A model generated the notes under the pieces. That model searched no databases. It worked only from the letters and a program-made list of their open reading frames with translations, and had not been told where the DNA came from. Positions 38,043 to 49,563 of a stretch of 64,000 nt of DNA are shown here, piece after piece (position 1 is the first letter of the stretch; every line of letters starts with the position of its first letter). This DNA is from Octopus sinensis. Lineage: Eukaryota. A program made the translations under genes and the position numbers. Where the stretch lies: contig NC_042997.1 of the NCBI RefSeq assembly GCF_006345805.1, forward strand, positions 129,952,001-130,016,000, given 5' to 3'.

Positions 38043-40579
38043 TTCGTGTTGCAAGACAGTGTGTGAGAGAGAATCGTGATGTGGTAGGAGAGAAGTGTGT
38101 TCGCATGGATGATGGTTCACTTGCGCTAAATGAGGATGCAAAGAGAGAGGTTTGGAGATGCCACTATGAAAGGTTGCTGAATAAAGAAAATGAATGGGAT
38201 AAAGAGAGTCTGCCGAATGTTGACCCAACAGAGGGACCAGCTATCCGAGTTGATAGTTCCATGGTAGCTAAGGCAATTAGAAGCATGAAGACAGGGAAAG
38301 CCCCAGGCCCATCAGGAATTACTGCAGAGATGCTCAAAATATCTGGCAGTGTCGGCTATAACCTAGTCACCCGTATAGTCAACCAGGTGATACACGAAGG
38401 AGTCATACCCAATGACTGGTGTAGCAGCGTACTAGTCAACTGCTACAAAGGTAAAGGTGATGCCCTAGATACAAATAATTACAGAGGTATCAAGCTGTTG
38501 GATCAGGTAATGAAGGTTACGGAGAGGGTCATAGCCCAACTAATTAGAGAGAGAGTTAGCTTAGATGAGATGCAGTTTGGGTTTGTGCCAGGGAAAAGCA
38601 CCACTGATGCTATATTCCTGGTAAGGCAGCTGCAGGAGAAATACCTAGCCAAAGATAAGCCCCTGTACCTGGCTTTCGTTGACATGGAGAAAGCCTTTGA
38701 TAGGGTCCCCCGATCGCTCATCTGGTGGTCAATGAGGAAACTAGGGATAGATGAATGGCTGGTGAGGGCTGTGCAAGCCATGTACAGAGATGCCGTAAGC
38801 AAGGTTAGGGTTGGCAACATGTACACAGAAGAATTCAAAGTAGAGGTTGGGGTCCACCAGGGTTCAGTACTCAGCCCCCTCCTATTTATCATAGTCCTCC
38901 AGGCAATAACAGAGGAATTCAAGACAGGTTGCCCCTGGGAGCTCCTCTATGCTGACGACCTCGCTCTAATTGCTGAGTCACTATCAGAACTGGAGGAGAA
39001 GTTCCAGGTGTGGAAGGAGGGTTTAGAATCGAGGGGCCTTAGAGTCAACCTAGCTAAAACCAAAGTACTAATAAGTAGAAAGGTAGGCAATCCACAAATG
39101 TCCTCAGGAAGATGGCCCTGCTCGATCTGTAGAAAAGGTGTAGGTAGAAACTCTATAAGATGTACCCAGTGTAAGCTATGGACACATAAGAGGTGCAGCA
39201 ATGTCAAAGGTAGGCTAACTGGGAAGATAGATTTTATATGTGGCAGATGCTTGGGAGCATTGACCTCCGAAAATCTGCAGAAAACAACTTCCGTCACTTT
39301 CCAGGGGGAAAATTTAGAAGTAGTTGATAGCTTCCGTTATCTAGGTGACCAAGTCAGTAGTGGGGGTGGGTGTGCTGAGAGTGTAACTGCTAGAATAAGA
39401 ATAGCCTGGGCAAAGTTTAGGGAGCTCTTACCTCTGCTGGTGACTAAAGGCCTCTCGCTCAGAGTAAAGGGCAGACTGTATGATGCATGTGTTCGAACTG
39501 CCATGCTACATGGCAGTGAAACATGGGCCGTGACTGCTGAGGACATGCGTAAGCTCATGAGGAATGAAGCCAGTATGCTCCGATGGATGTGTAATGTCAG
39601 TGTACTTACTCGACAGAGCGTTAGTTCCCTGAGAGAAATGTTGTACCTAAGAAGCATCAGTTGTTGCATGCAAGAGAGACGATTGCGCTGGTATGGTCAT
39701 GTGGCGAGAATGGATGAAGATAGGTGTGTGAGAAAGTGCCAATCCCTAGCAGTTGAGGGGACCTGTGGAAGAGGTAGACCCAGGAAAACCTGGGACGAGG
39801 TGGTGAAGCACGACCTTCGAACGTTAGGTCTCACCATGGAAATGACTAGAGACCGAGACCTATGGAAGTATGCTGTGCGTGAGAAGACCCGGCAAGACTA
39901 GTGAAGCCATAACCCATGGCCCCTACCTGGGACGTAGTCAGTCCACCTGTGCATACCTTCCTGCTTGTGACACTTGTGAAGACCTGTTGAGGCAAATCAA
40001 ATCAAAGTCAAATCGAATCAAGTCAAACCAAATCAAAATAGATGAACATCAATGGAATTTGTATCCTTGTGGTACCAGTGCCGGTGGCACATAAGAAAAC
40101 CATCCGAACGGGACGGTAGCCAGTACCGCATCGACTGGCCTCCGTGCCGTGGGCACGTTACAAACACCATCCGATCGTAGCCGTTCGCCAGCCTCGTCTG
40201 GCACCTGTGTCGGTGGCACATAAGAAAAACACCGAAAACACCATATCCGAGCGTGGCCGTCTGCCAGCCTCATCTGGCACCTGTGTCGGTGGCACATAAA
40301 AAACACCATCCGAGCGTGGCCGTCTGCCAGCCTCATCTGGCACCTGTGTCGGTGGCACATAAAAAACACCATCCGAGCGTGGCCGTCTGCCAGCCTCGTC
40401 TGGCACCTGTGTCGGTGGCACATAAAATCACCCACTACACTCTCGGAGTGGTTGGCGTTAGGAAGGGCATCCAGCTGTAGAAACACTGCCAGATCTGACT
40501 GGCCTGGTGTAGCCTTCGGGCTTGCCAGACCCCAGTTGAACCGTCCAACCCATGCTAGCATGGAAAGCGGACGTTAAAC

Positions 40580-40610
<31 letters not shown>
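38043..40610 (+). mobile_element. 5'-truncated RTE LINE, subfamily 2, young
   Basis: 7-bp TSD AAAATCA (38036-38042 / 40611-40617), 63-nt unit array in the 3' UTR, (GAT)n tail. Confidence 0.97.
38063..39901 (+). CDS. RTE reverse transcriptase ORF (612 aa; complete RT plus PHD finger; endonuclease lost by truncation)
   Basis: Uninterrupted frame: GKAPGPSG, NYRGIKLL, QFGFVPGKSTTDAIF, GVHQGSVLSPLLF, YADD (38948-38959), C4HC3 finger (39119-39250), RLRWYGHV, GRPRKTW. Confidence 0.93.
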   Translation: MRENRDVVGEKCVRMDDGSLALNEDAKREVWRCHYERLLNKENEWDKESLPNVDPTEGPAIRVDSSMVAKAIRSMKTGKAPGPSGITAEMLKISGSVGYNLVTRIVNQVIHEGVIPNDWCSSVLVNCYKGKGDALDTNNYRGIKLLDQVMKVTERVIAQLIRERVSLDEMQFGFVPGKSTTDAIFLVRQLQEKYLAKDKPLYLAFVDMEKAFDRVPRSLIWWSMRKLGIDEWLVRAVQAMYRDAVSKVRVGNMYTEEFKVEVGVHQGSVLSPLLFIIVLQAITEEFKTGCPWELLYADDLALIAESLSELEEKFQVWKEGLESRGLRVNLAKTKVLISRKVGNPQMSSGRWPCSICRKGVGRNSIRCTQCKLWTHKRCSNVKGRLTGKIDFICGRCLGALTSENLQKTTSVTFQGENLEVVDSFRYLGDQVSSGGGCAESVTARIRIAWAKFRELLPLLVTKGLSLRVKGRLYDACVRTAMLHGSETWAVTAEDMRKLMRNEASMLRWMCNVSVLTRQSVSSLREMLYLRSISCCMQERRLRWYGHVARMDEDRCVRKCQSLAVEGTCGRGRPRKTWDEVVKHDLRTLGLTMEMTRDRDLWKYAVREKTRQD

Positions 40611-40932
40611 AAAATCACTCCTTACAGATATAAATGTAAAGAATAGACCGAAATTGTTTGACTATCTAATAAGGTCACAATAAATGTCAAACAGGAGTTT
40701 AGACAAGACCTCCTGAAATCTTATAGACCATGAGACAAACTGCATAAAAGATGAATCATTCAGATCTATGAAAAAAATTAGCTACAACCTACAACAGACA
40801 AACAAGCATAGCACCCAACTAATGTTGGTAGCAGATGAGAAATCGAGGGTCAAGACAACTAAGAAGATATTTATGCATGTGCTCATATGTGTGTGTGTGT
40901 GTGTGTGTGTGTGACTATTACCTTCCCTTAGT

Positions 40933-41145
40933 TGGTGAGCTGACAGATTCTTTAGTACATCAGGCAAACCACTCAACTGCATTTTGCTTGTCTTTACATT
41001 CTGAGTTCAAATTCTGCCAGGGTTGCCTTTGCCTTTCACCCTTTGTGGGTTGATGAAATCAGCTCCAATTGAGTAATGGGGCCGATATAATCTACTATCC
41101 CCCTCCTACAAAGTTTCAGACCTTGTGCCTATAGTAGAGAGGATT
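40933..41145 (+). mobile_element. SINE family C (diverged)
   Basis: GTGAGCTGACAGA head and GCCTTTCACCCTT core. Others at 41655-41870 (+), 61735-61947 (-) and 34003-34075 (5' part). Confidence 0.7.
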
Positions 41146-42730
41146 ATTATTCCATCCAACATTTTCTGAATCTGATGACATTTCTTTTATTTTCTCTTTG
41201 CTCTGACCATGGCCTCTTCCTCCACGAATAAATATTATCTCACTCTCTTTCATTTTTACCTCCTCCCCATCATCATCATCATCATCATTATCATCATCAT
41301 CGCCCCCACCCCTTATTCCTCATTGTTTTAATAATTTTCCTTCACTATCATTTCTCCCAATTTATTTATCCTACAAAATAAGTTGACATTCTCTCTCACT
41401 CTCTCTCCTTTCACCTCACTCTCTCTCCATCCACCTCACTCTCTCTCTCCCTCACCTCACTCTCTCTCCCTTAACCTCACTCTCTCTCTCTCTCGCCTTC
41501 CTCTCTTTCTCTTTCAGTTCAATACTTTTGACTTTTCATTTTCCTCGCAATATAAAATTTATTCCACTGAATTATTTATATAACTAATTGCTGACACAGA
41601 ACATCACTAATTTCCTCAAACTCTACTGTTTTACTGATACAGTTATGGTCAGTCTAATAGCTGCAAGCTGGCAAAATTGTTAGTGCATCAAACAAAATGT
41701 TTAGTATCATTTCTTTTGGCTCTTCATGTTCTGATTTCAAATGCAGCCAAGGACAACTTTTATCCTTTTGGGAGTTGATAAAATAAGTAATAATCAAGTA
41801 CTGGGTTTGATGTAATTAACTAGCTACACTCTTAAAATTTCAGGCCTTGTGCCAAAATTTGAAACCATAGTTACAGCTGGTTTTATTCTGTTTGGTAAGT
41901 CAATCTGCTTTTATACTTGGAAAATCATAAAGGGGCCATTCTGAGGACACACAAGAAATATGAAGTCAATATGAAACAATTCCAGATCTTTCAGTGTTAG
42001 AATAGTTAACGATATATTAAGTATTTTATCTTTTCTTCAGTTCTTAGAATATCTCCTTGAGCAAAATACTTAATTTTCACGGAAATTATAAAATTGTTAA
42101 TGACCTACTTGTCATTTTAATAATAAACAACATCCTATGTTTATGATACTACCCTTCATTCGTATGTAACTTTCATACACAGCAATCATGCACACATGAC
42201 CTAAATACTTCACCCTTGATATACGCTGCTTCTATGGACAAAGACTTTTGGAACATCCTCCAATGAGAACATAAGAAACTAATCTCCTTTAACAACACAG
42301 AGACAACCATGAAACTTATCAAATATAGGCATAGGAGTGGCTGTGTGGTAAGTAGTTTGCTTACCAACCACATGGTACTGGGTTCAGTCCCACTGCTTGG
42401 CACCTTGGGCAAGTGTCTTCTACTATAGCCTTGGGCCGACCAAAACCTTGTGAGTGGATTTGGTAGACGGAAACTGAAAGAAGCCTGTCGTATATATGTA
42501 TATATATGTGTGTGTGTGTGTGTATGTTTGTGTGTTTGTGTTTGTCCACCCAACATCGCTTGACAAACGATGCTGGTGTGTTTACGTCCCCATAACTTAG
42601 TGGTTCGGCAAAATAGAGAATAAGTACTAGGCTTACAAAGAATAAGTCCTGGGGTCGATTTGCTCGACTAAAGGCGGTGCTCCAGCATGGCTACAGTCAA
42701 ATGGCTGAAACAAGTAAAAGAGTAAAAGAG

Positions 42731-42947
42731 TAACTCTTTAGCATTCAGATTTTTCTGTCAAATGTAATTCACTTCATTTTAAATCAACCAAACATTATTT
42801 TATAGCTTTGAGATATCAATGATGTGATTGTTTAATTTTAAAATAACACTGTAGTGTAGGTACGGGTGACCAGATCCGACCAGCTTGAAGATAGAACAGG
42901 TGGAATATTTTGACCAGATATGGTCAGTTTAAATCCTGAAGGGTTAA
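42731..42947. mobile_element. TTAA-type (piggyBac-like) MITE, family 2
   Basis: Ends (T)TAAC(T)CTTTAGCATT ... GAAGGGTTAA. A partial second copy starts TTAACCCTTTAGCATTC at 43168. Confidence 0.55.
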
Positions 42948-43541
42948 ATAATCTTATATAACACACTCTCTAGCCATGAACTACCACTCAGCTAAAACAT
43001 TCAAGGAGTTATAAATGCTATAGGCCTTAAAATCACAAATAATCTCTTGTGATAATGCAACAGGGGCCTAATCATCATCTTACGGACTAACCTTCGCTTG
43101 GTAGTCCAAGAAAATACTTGAATTCTGATGAGCAACTAATTTTCTACATGCTGAAGCAAGATACATATTAACCCTTTAGCATTCAAATTATTTTGTAAAC
43201 TGTAATGCTTTTTCATTCACGTTGTTTTTAATTAATTGCGCATTATTTTGTAGCTTCAAAATTTTGATGATGTGATTGTATATTTTTTGAATGACATTGA
43301 AGGGTATGTGTGATAGGTTGGATCTGGTTGGTTAGAACATAAAACAGATAGCATGTGTGACATCTTAGGCAAGTGTCTTCTACTATAGCCTCAGGCAGAC
43401 CAAAGTTTTGTGAGTGGATTTGGTAGACAAACAAAAGAAAGAGGTGCCCAGTACATTTAATAGTGGTTACATGTATTATTATTTAAGACAGTTTGATTTG
43501 GCTCCATGCAACTTAAAAGTTTTGCAGGCTTCTAACAGAAA

Positions 43542-43645
43542 CCAAGCTCATTCAGCCTCAGATTGCAGAATGGAGAGATACAGGAATATGCTTATTTCCC
43601 CACTCCCCATGGACAATGCTGTTGTAATTACTTTAGTATACATAT
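43542..43645. repeat. Right arm of the 103-bp inverted repeat
   Basis: Reverse complement of 37307-37409. Confidence 0.9.
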
Positions 43646-43964
43646 TAGTTTAAATACTAATGGGTTAAAGTACTGGTCACATATCTAGAATGGTGCTACT
43701 ATTAAACAAATATCTTAGAGCACACTCAAAAAAGCCATCTAGCTGATTGGCAAAATTTTACTCACGAGCACATTACAACTGCTGAATTGGAGACACAATG
43801 TTTCTTCTTTCAGCTTAATCTCCCACAACTGTAATAACCTCTGCTTCACTAAACAAGCTTGCTGTGTACCATTTCCAACCAAGCCAATCTAACATAATTA
43901 TCTTCCTTTCCTACTTTCCTACAGCTGACATCTGGTACTAAATTCATTGCTCAGTCTTTCCTGG

Positions 43965-44372
43965 CAATTGACCTGCTATGCTTGAGGAGACCTATTGAGT
44001 CAAGTACATCAATATCAAAATAAATATCAAATGGAAATTGTAGTTGTGATACCTGTGCTGGTGGCACATGAAAATCACCATCCGAATACGGTTGATGCCA
44101 GCGCCGCCTTGACTGGCTTCTGTGCCGGTGGCACGTAAAAAGCACCAACCAATCATGGCAGCTGCCAGCCTCTCCTGGCACCTGTGCTGGTGGCATGTAA
44201 AAAGCACCCACTACACTCGTGGAGTGGTTGGCGTTAGGAAGGGCATCCAGCTGTAGAAACACTGCCAGATCAGACTGGAGCCTGGTGCAGTCTCCTGGCT
44301 TCCCAGACCCCGGTCAAACCGTCCAACCCATGCTAGCACAGAAAATGAACGTTAAACGATGATGATGATGAT
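43965..44372 (+). mobile_element. Orphan RTE 3' tail
   Basis: Four hairpin units, terminal block and (GAT)n. Similar tails at 37425-37695, 45400-45660, 56420-56700 and 62830-63100 (+); 55700-55905 and 57150-57665 (-). Confidence 0.85.
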
Positions 44373-45227
44373 AATTTTCAGTAATCCTTCAGAATTTCCT
44401 TTCCATCCACAGTTTTTGTGCAAACTTCACCCTATAGATATTAAATCGAACACCAGCCATATCAATCTCAACAATCTAGGAACATTTCTCTCTCTCTCTT
44501 GCTAAACACACACACACACTGTGCCTCTACAGCTTCCGTCAGTTAAATCATACTCACATGATTTTGATCAACCTTAGGCTATAATTGAAGACACAAGCCC
44601 TATGTGCCACACTCAGTGGCACTAGGTTTCGAATCACGCAGTTGCAAGACAAGCTTCTTAACCACACAATTATTCCTGGTTACTTTTACTTAAAGGATTT
44701 ATTTTCCCTCCATTTTGATGTTTTCAACAAGGATGTGAATAACATTTCACAAATGGCTGGCTTTTATTTGAATCAGTTTATGATAATTAGGTTAGAAAAT
44801 TTGAAGTCCTTGCTTGTTTTGAATGACTTAAAATAAACTATTAAGTTCAGATGAATATGACATGATTCTGAACTATTTCATTCTGCTTCACTGAAAACTA
44901 TGATGAAATGTTTTAATAATGTGAAATGGCTTTGACTAATAAGAAGTCATGTGTAATTTATCTACATGTCCTGTTCATGATAATTAAAGTTATTAACGAA
45001 AGTTCTGAATGTTTTGAAATAAAGAATAGAGATTGAAAGCCAGAGACTGGCAGTGAATATTTGAATTTTAGTTTTTTTAAACTGTACAATTTTGCAACAA
45101 ACTCTTTAGATTGTTCTCAACAACTTTTCACTGATTCAATCAATACCTATGTTTAACACTTTTACCAAGTAGAATTTGATAGACAGACACTGCAGAGGCC
45201 TGATATATGTGTGTGTGCGTGCGTGCA

Positions 45228-45284
<57 letters not shown>

Positions 45285-45319
45285 ATATTATCGCTTACTG
45301 CCTTCCATGCTGGCATGGG

Positions 45320-45378
<59 letters not shown>

Positions 45379-45696
45379 TATATATATATGTATATGTTTG
45401 ATCATTGCCAGAGAGGTCGTTGCCAGTGTTGCTGGACTGGCTCCTGTGCAGGTGGCACGTAATAAACACCATTTGAGCGTGGCTGTTGCCACTACCACCT
45501 GACTCTCATAGTGGTTGGCATTAGGAGGGGCATCCAGCTGTAGAAACTCTGCCAGATCAGATTGGAGCCTGGTGCAGCCATCTGGTTTGCCAGTCCTCAG
45601 TAAAATCATCCAACCCATGCTAGCATGGAAAGCGGATGTTAAACGATGATGATGATGTATATGTATGTATATATATATATATATAATATATATATA

Positions 45697-45765
<69 letters not shown>

Positions 45766-45769
45766 ATAT

Positions 45770-45818
<49 letters not shown>

Positions 45819-45822
<4 letters not shown>

Positions 45823-46535
45823 GACCTTCGGACGTTAGGTCTCACCATGGAAATGACTAGAGACCGAGACCTATGGAAGTATGCTGTGCGTCAGAAGACC
45901 CGGCAAGACTAGTGAAGCCATAATCCGTGGCCCCTACCTGGGACGTAGTCAGTCCACCTGTGCATACCTTCCTTCTTGTGACACTTGTTGAAGACCTGTT
46001 GAGGCAAGTGAGAACCGAATCAAATCAAATCGAACCAAATCAAAATAGATGTACATCAATGGAATTTGTACCCTTGTGGTACCAGTGCCGGTGGCACATA
46101 AGAAAACCACCCGAACGTGACCATAGCCAGTACCGCAACGACTGGCCTCCGTGCTGAGGGCACGTAACAAACACCATCCGAGCGTGGCCGTCCGCCAGCC
46201 TCGTCTGGCACCTGTGTCGGTGACACATAAGAAAACACCATCCGAGCGTGGCCGTCAGCCAGCCTCGTCTGGCACCTGTGTCGGTGGCACATAAAAAACA
46301 CCATCCGAGCGTGGCCGTCTGCCAGCCTCGTCTGGCACCTGTGTCGGTGGCACATAAAATCACCCACTACACTCTCGGAGTGGTTGGCGTTAGGAAGGGC
46401 ATCCAGCTGTAGAAACACTGCCAGATCTGACTGGCCTGGTGCAGCCTTCGGGCTTGCCAGACCCCAGTTGAACCATCCAACCCATGCTAGCATGGAAAGC
46501 GGACGTTAAACGATGATGATGATGATGATGATGAT
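45819..46535 (+). mobile_element. 3'-end-only RTE copy, subfamily 2, inserted after (AT)n
   Basis: HDLRTLGLTMEMTRDRDLWKYAVRQKTRQD* and a UTR nearly identical to 39810-40610 but with one fewer unit. Confidence 0.95.
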
Positions 46536-46634
46536 ATATATATATATATATATTTCAACATGTGATCTCTTGAGCACCACCAGCAAAAATATTTTTTCCT
46601 CTGTCTTCCCTTCTTGGGATCTTTCCTTCTCCTT

Positions 46635-46669
46635 GTTTCCGACGAAGAGCTCCGCTCGAAACGTTAAAC
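46635..46669 (+). ncRNA. Minimal type-I hammerhead ribozyme, U4C core variant, inside a ~225-bp element (46555-46780)
   Basis: GTTT CCGACGA A GAGC TCC GCTC GAAA CG TT AAAC: perfect stems I and II, palindromic AACGTT stem III. Confidence 0.65.
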
Positions 46670-46772
46670 CCTCCTTCCCTTCTTTCCTGAGCGTCAATAA
46701 TACTTTAATTGTTCCACGTCCTCACGTTGCTGTGTTTTTTTTCTCTTTTTTTCTGTGTTTTCTTGTTTGGAT

Positions 46773-46841
<69 letters not shown>

Positions 46842-48410
46842 GTGAGTGGACAAACAAAAGAAAGAGGTATTCAACACATTTTGTAGGAGTTGCATATATG
46901 ATTTAAACCAGTTTAATTCGGTTCCATGTGATTTAAAGTTCTAATGGAAACCTAACTTCTCTGGCTCACTTAACCAAATGATTCAGCTAACTGATTCCAA
47001 TAAACTAGATTTCCACAAAAAAGCCTATGAAGCTTTAAGTTGCATGGGGCTGAATCAACCTCTTTTAAATAATAATACAACACACACACACACACAAAGG
47101 AGGTAGCAACAGAGACAGACAGACAGACAGAATTTTATTGTGTTTTGGGGAGTGGGGGTTATTAAGCCAATAATAGACTTATGCACTAGTTCTATTTGCC
47201 TTCTTTTATTAATGTTGTTGTTGTTGTTGTTGTTGTTGTTGTGTTGTTGTTATTATTATTATTAGTCAATTGTTTAACCAGTTGACCACTTAATTAATCA
47301 GTTGCTTGATCACTCATTCAGTCAATCAATCAATCAACTAGATTTTTCAAAGTCATTTATTTCATTGCCATTCATGACCTCATCAATGACATACCCTCTC
47401 TACACCCAGGTCTGCTTCAGGCCTGTTTCTGATCTGTCTTCATCCAATGCTCATGTCTTACTGCTACACAATATCAGACTTATACACAGAGATTATACAA
47501 TCTGCCCTTCATTCAGAGAGAGAGAAGCCTCTTGTTGCCACCCTGATTTCATGCTGGGCACTATACTTTCATGACACCCCTATTCTCTGCAGATTAGGTA
47601 ACCTAGGTAGTTGGACATATCGACTACTTCTGGTAAGTCTTCTTGGTTGTTCAAAGAGTTCATTCCATGGACACCCTTATTGCTAACTATTCCTGAACAT
47701 TTACTTAAGATGAACTTTTTTGTCTATTAACCGGCCCATGATCCCATTGTATGTTTTATGCACATATACTCTATATTTGGTATATGGTACAGAATCCTTA
47801 ATGGAGGCGCAATGGCCCAATGGTTAGGGCAGCGGACTCGCGGTCGGAGGATCACAGTTTCAATTCCCAGACCAGGCGCTGTGTGTGTTTATTGAGTGAA
47901 AATAGCTAAAGCTCCATGAGGCTCCGGCAGGGGGTGGTAGTGACCCCTATTGTACTCTTTTGCCCCAACTTTCTCTCACTCTCTCTTCCTGTTTCTTGAG
48001 TAACATTGCGATGGACTGGTGTCCCGTCCAAGCTGGTGGGGAACACATACACCACAGAAACCGGGAAACCGGGCCCATGAGCCTGGCTAGGCTTGAAAAG
48101 GGCACATAAATAAAAACCAGAGTCCTTACCTGCTCCTTTCCCACATATGAACCATGGCCACATCTCAGGTGGCTGTACAGTTTGATATTTTCTCCTACTA
48201 CAACTTTTGTCTTTGTCAGTTGATATTTTGGCCTGTGATTCTAAGCCCTGTCTATAAGTTTAGAACTTTTCCTTTATCTCTCTCTCTCTCTTTCTCTCTC
48301 TCCCTCTCATTCTCTCTCTGTGTATACATACATATATGTGTGTGTATGTGTGTAAGTATGTATTATGTATGTAGGCATACATGGATGGATGGATGTATAT
48401 ATATATATAT

Positions 48411-49392
48411 CGCCATACATAAAAGAGCGATTGCATTTATCGTTAACCCCACTCGCTTCAAAATATCTAAAGAATACGCACAGATCATGAATGGCTAAAA
48501 GTTAAGTGAATCGTCCAACCTCGCTACGACTACCTTCTTTCTTGCACTTATCCTTATTCTTTCTCTATTCTTCAATTTCCATCTCATTGTATTGTCCCTC
48601 ATTCTTTCAGTATTCCCTCATTACCCTGTCTAGCTCAAACATTTTTTTTTTTCGTTTAGACTTGTCTCCAGGTTCATAGCCACTCTGATTTTTCAATTTT
48701 TCAATTTTTCGTTTAGTATTGTCTCCCGATTCATACAAACCCATTTGCTAGCTCACGATTAACAGAACCTCTTTACTCAGCTACGGTGTTATATTAGCTA
48801 TCAATAATGATATTCCCTCTGATTTTTCTGATTTTCAAACCTATTTATCTAATGTTTATTTATCGACAATGCCGTCCCCAGTCAAATTCCCTCACACCGC
48901 TTATTGTCACGTGTCCCTTGACCTCTCTCTCTAACTAACCCTATCTCTCTCTCGCTATGTCCCCCCTTCCCATAACCATCATCGCCATGGTCCGCTATGC
49001 CCCCCCCCTCCCCAAAACCATCATCGCCATACATAAAAGAGCGATCGCATTTATCGTTAACCCCACTCGCTTCAAAATATCTAAAAAATACGCACAGATC
49101 ATGAATGGCTAAAAGTTAAGTGAATCGTCCAACCTCGCTACGACTACCTTCTTTCTTGCACTTATCCTTATTCTTTCTCTATTCTTCAATTTCCATCTCA
49201 TTGTATTGTCCCTCATTCTTTCAGTATTCCCTCATTACCCTGTCTAGCTCAAACATTTTTTTTTCGTTTAGACTTGTCTCCAGGTTCATAGCCACTCTGA
49301 TTTTTCAATTTTTCAATTAGTATTGTCTCCCGATTCATACAAACCCATTTGCTAGCTCACGATTAACAGAACCTCTTTACTCAGCTACGGTG
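48411..49392 (+). repeat. ~370-bp direct repeat (48411-48788 / 49025-49392, period 614) upstream of the full-length RTE
   Basis: Near-identical blocks (2 substitutions and small indels) separated by 236 nt. Confidence 0.9.
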
Positions 49393-49563
49393 CACCCGCC
49401 CTTCCACCCCACCACGCATGCCGGAAGTTCCTATTCTCTTCCATCCCGGGGTTGCTTCCCATGAAGACTGCAAATGCTCTCACCATCCCTACCCCTCCCT
49501 ACCCCTAGTCTCGACCTATGTATGGTAATGTTCATACAGTGCAAAATATGAAAGGCTAGCGTT

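Noticed and set aside
38503-39669. Antisense ORFs overlapping RTE RT
   Set aside because: Shadow frames of the RT coding strand, broken differently in each copy.
40180-40430. CRISPR-like repeat-spacer appearance of the GTGCCGGTGGCAC arrays
   Set aside because: Linkers are homologous to one another, the arrays are the 3' UTR of a eukaryotic LINE, and no cas genes are present.
44389-44475. Minus-strand peptide IVEIDMAGVRFNIYRVKFAQKLWMERKF* as a terminal exon
   Set aside because: The acceptor is purine-rich and the product is unrecognised. Flanks loosely resemble a decayed LINE C-terminus.
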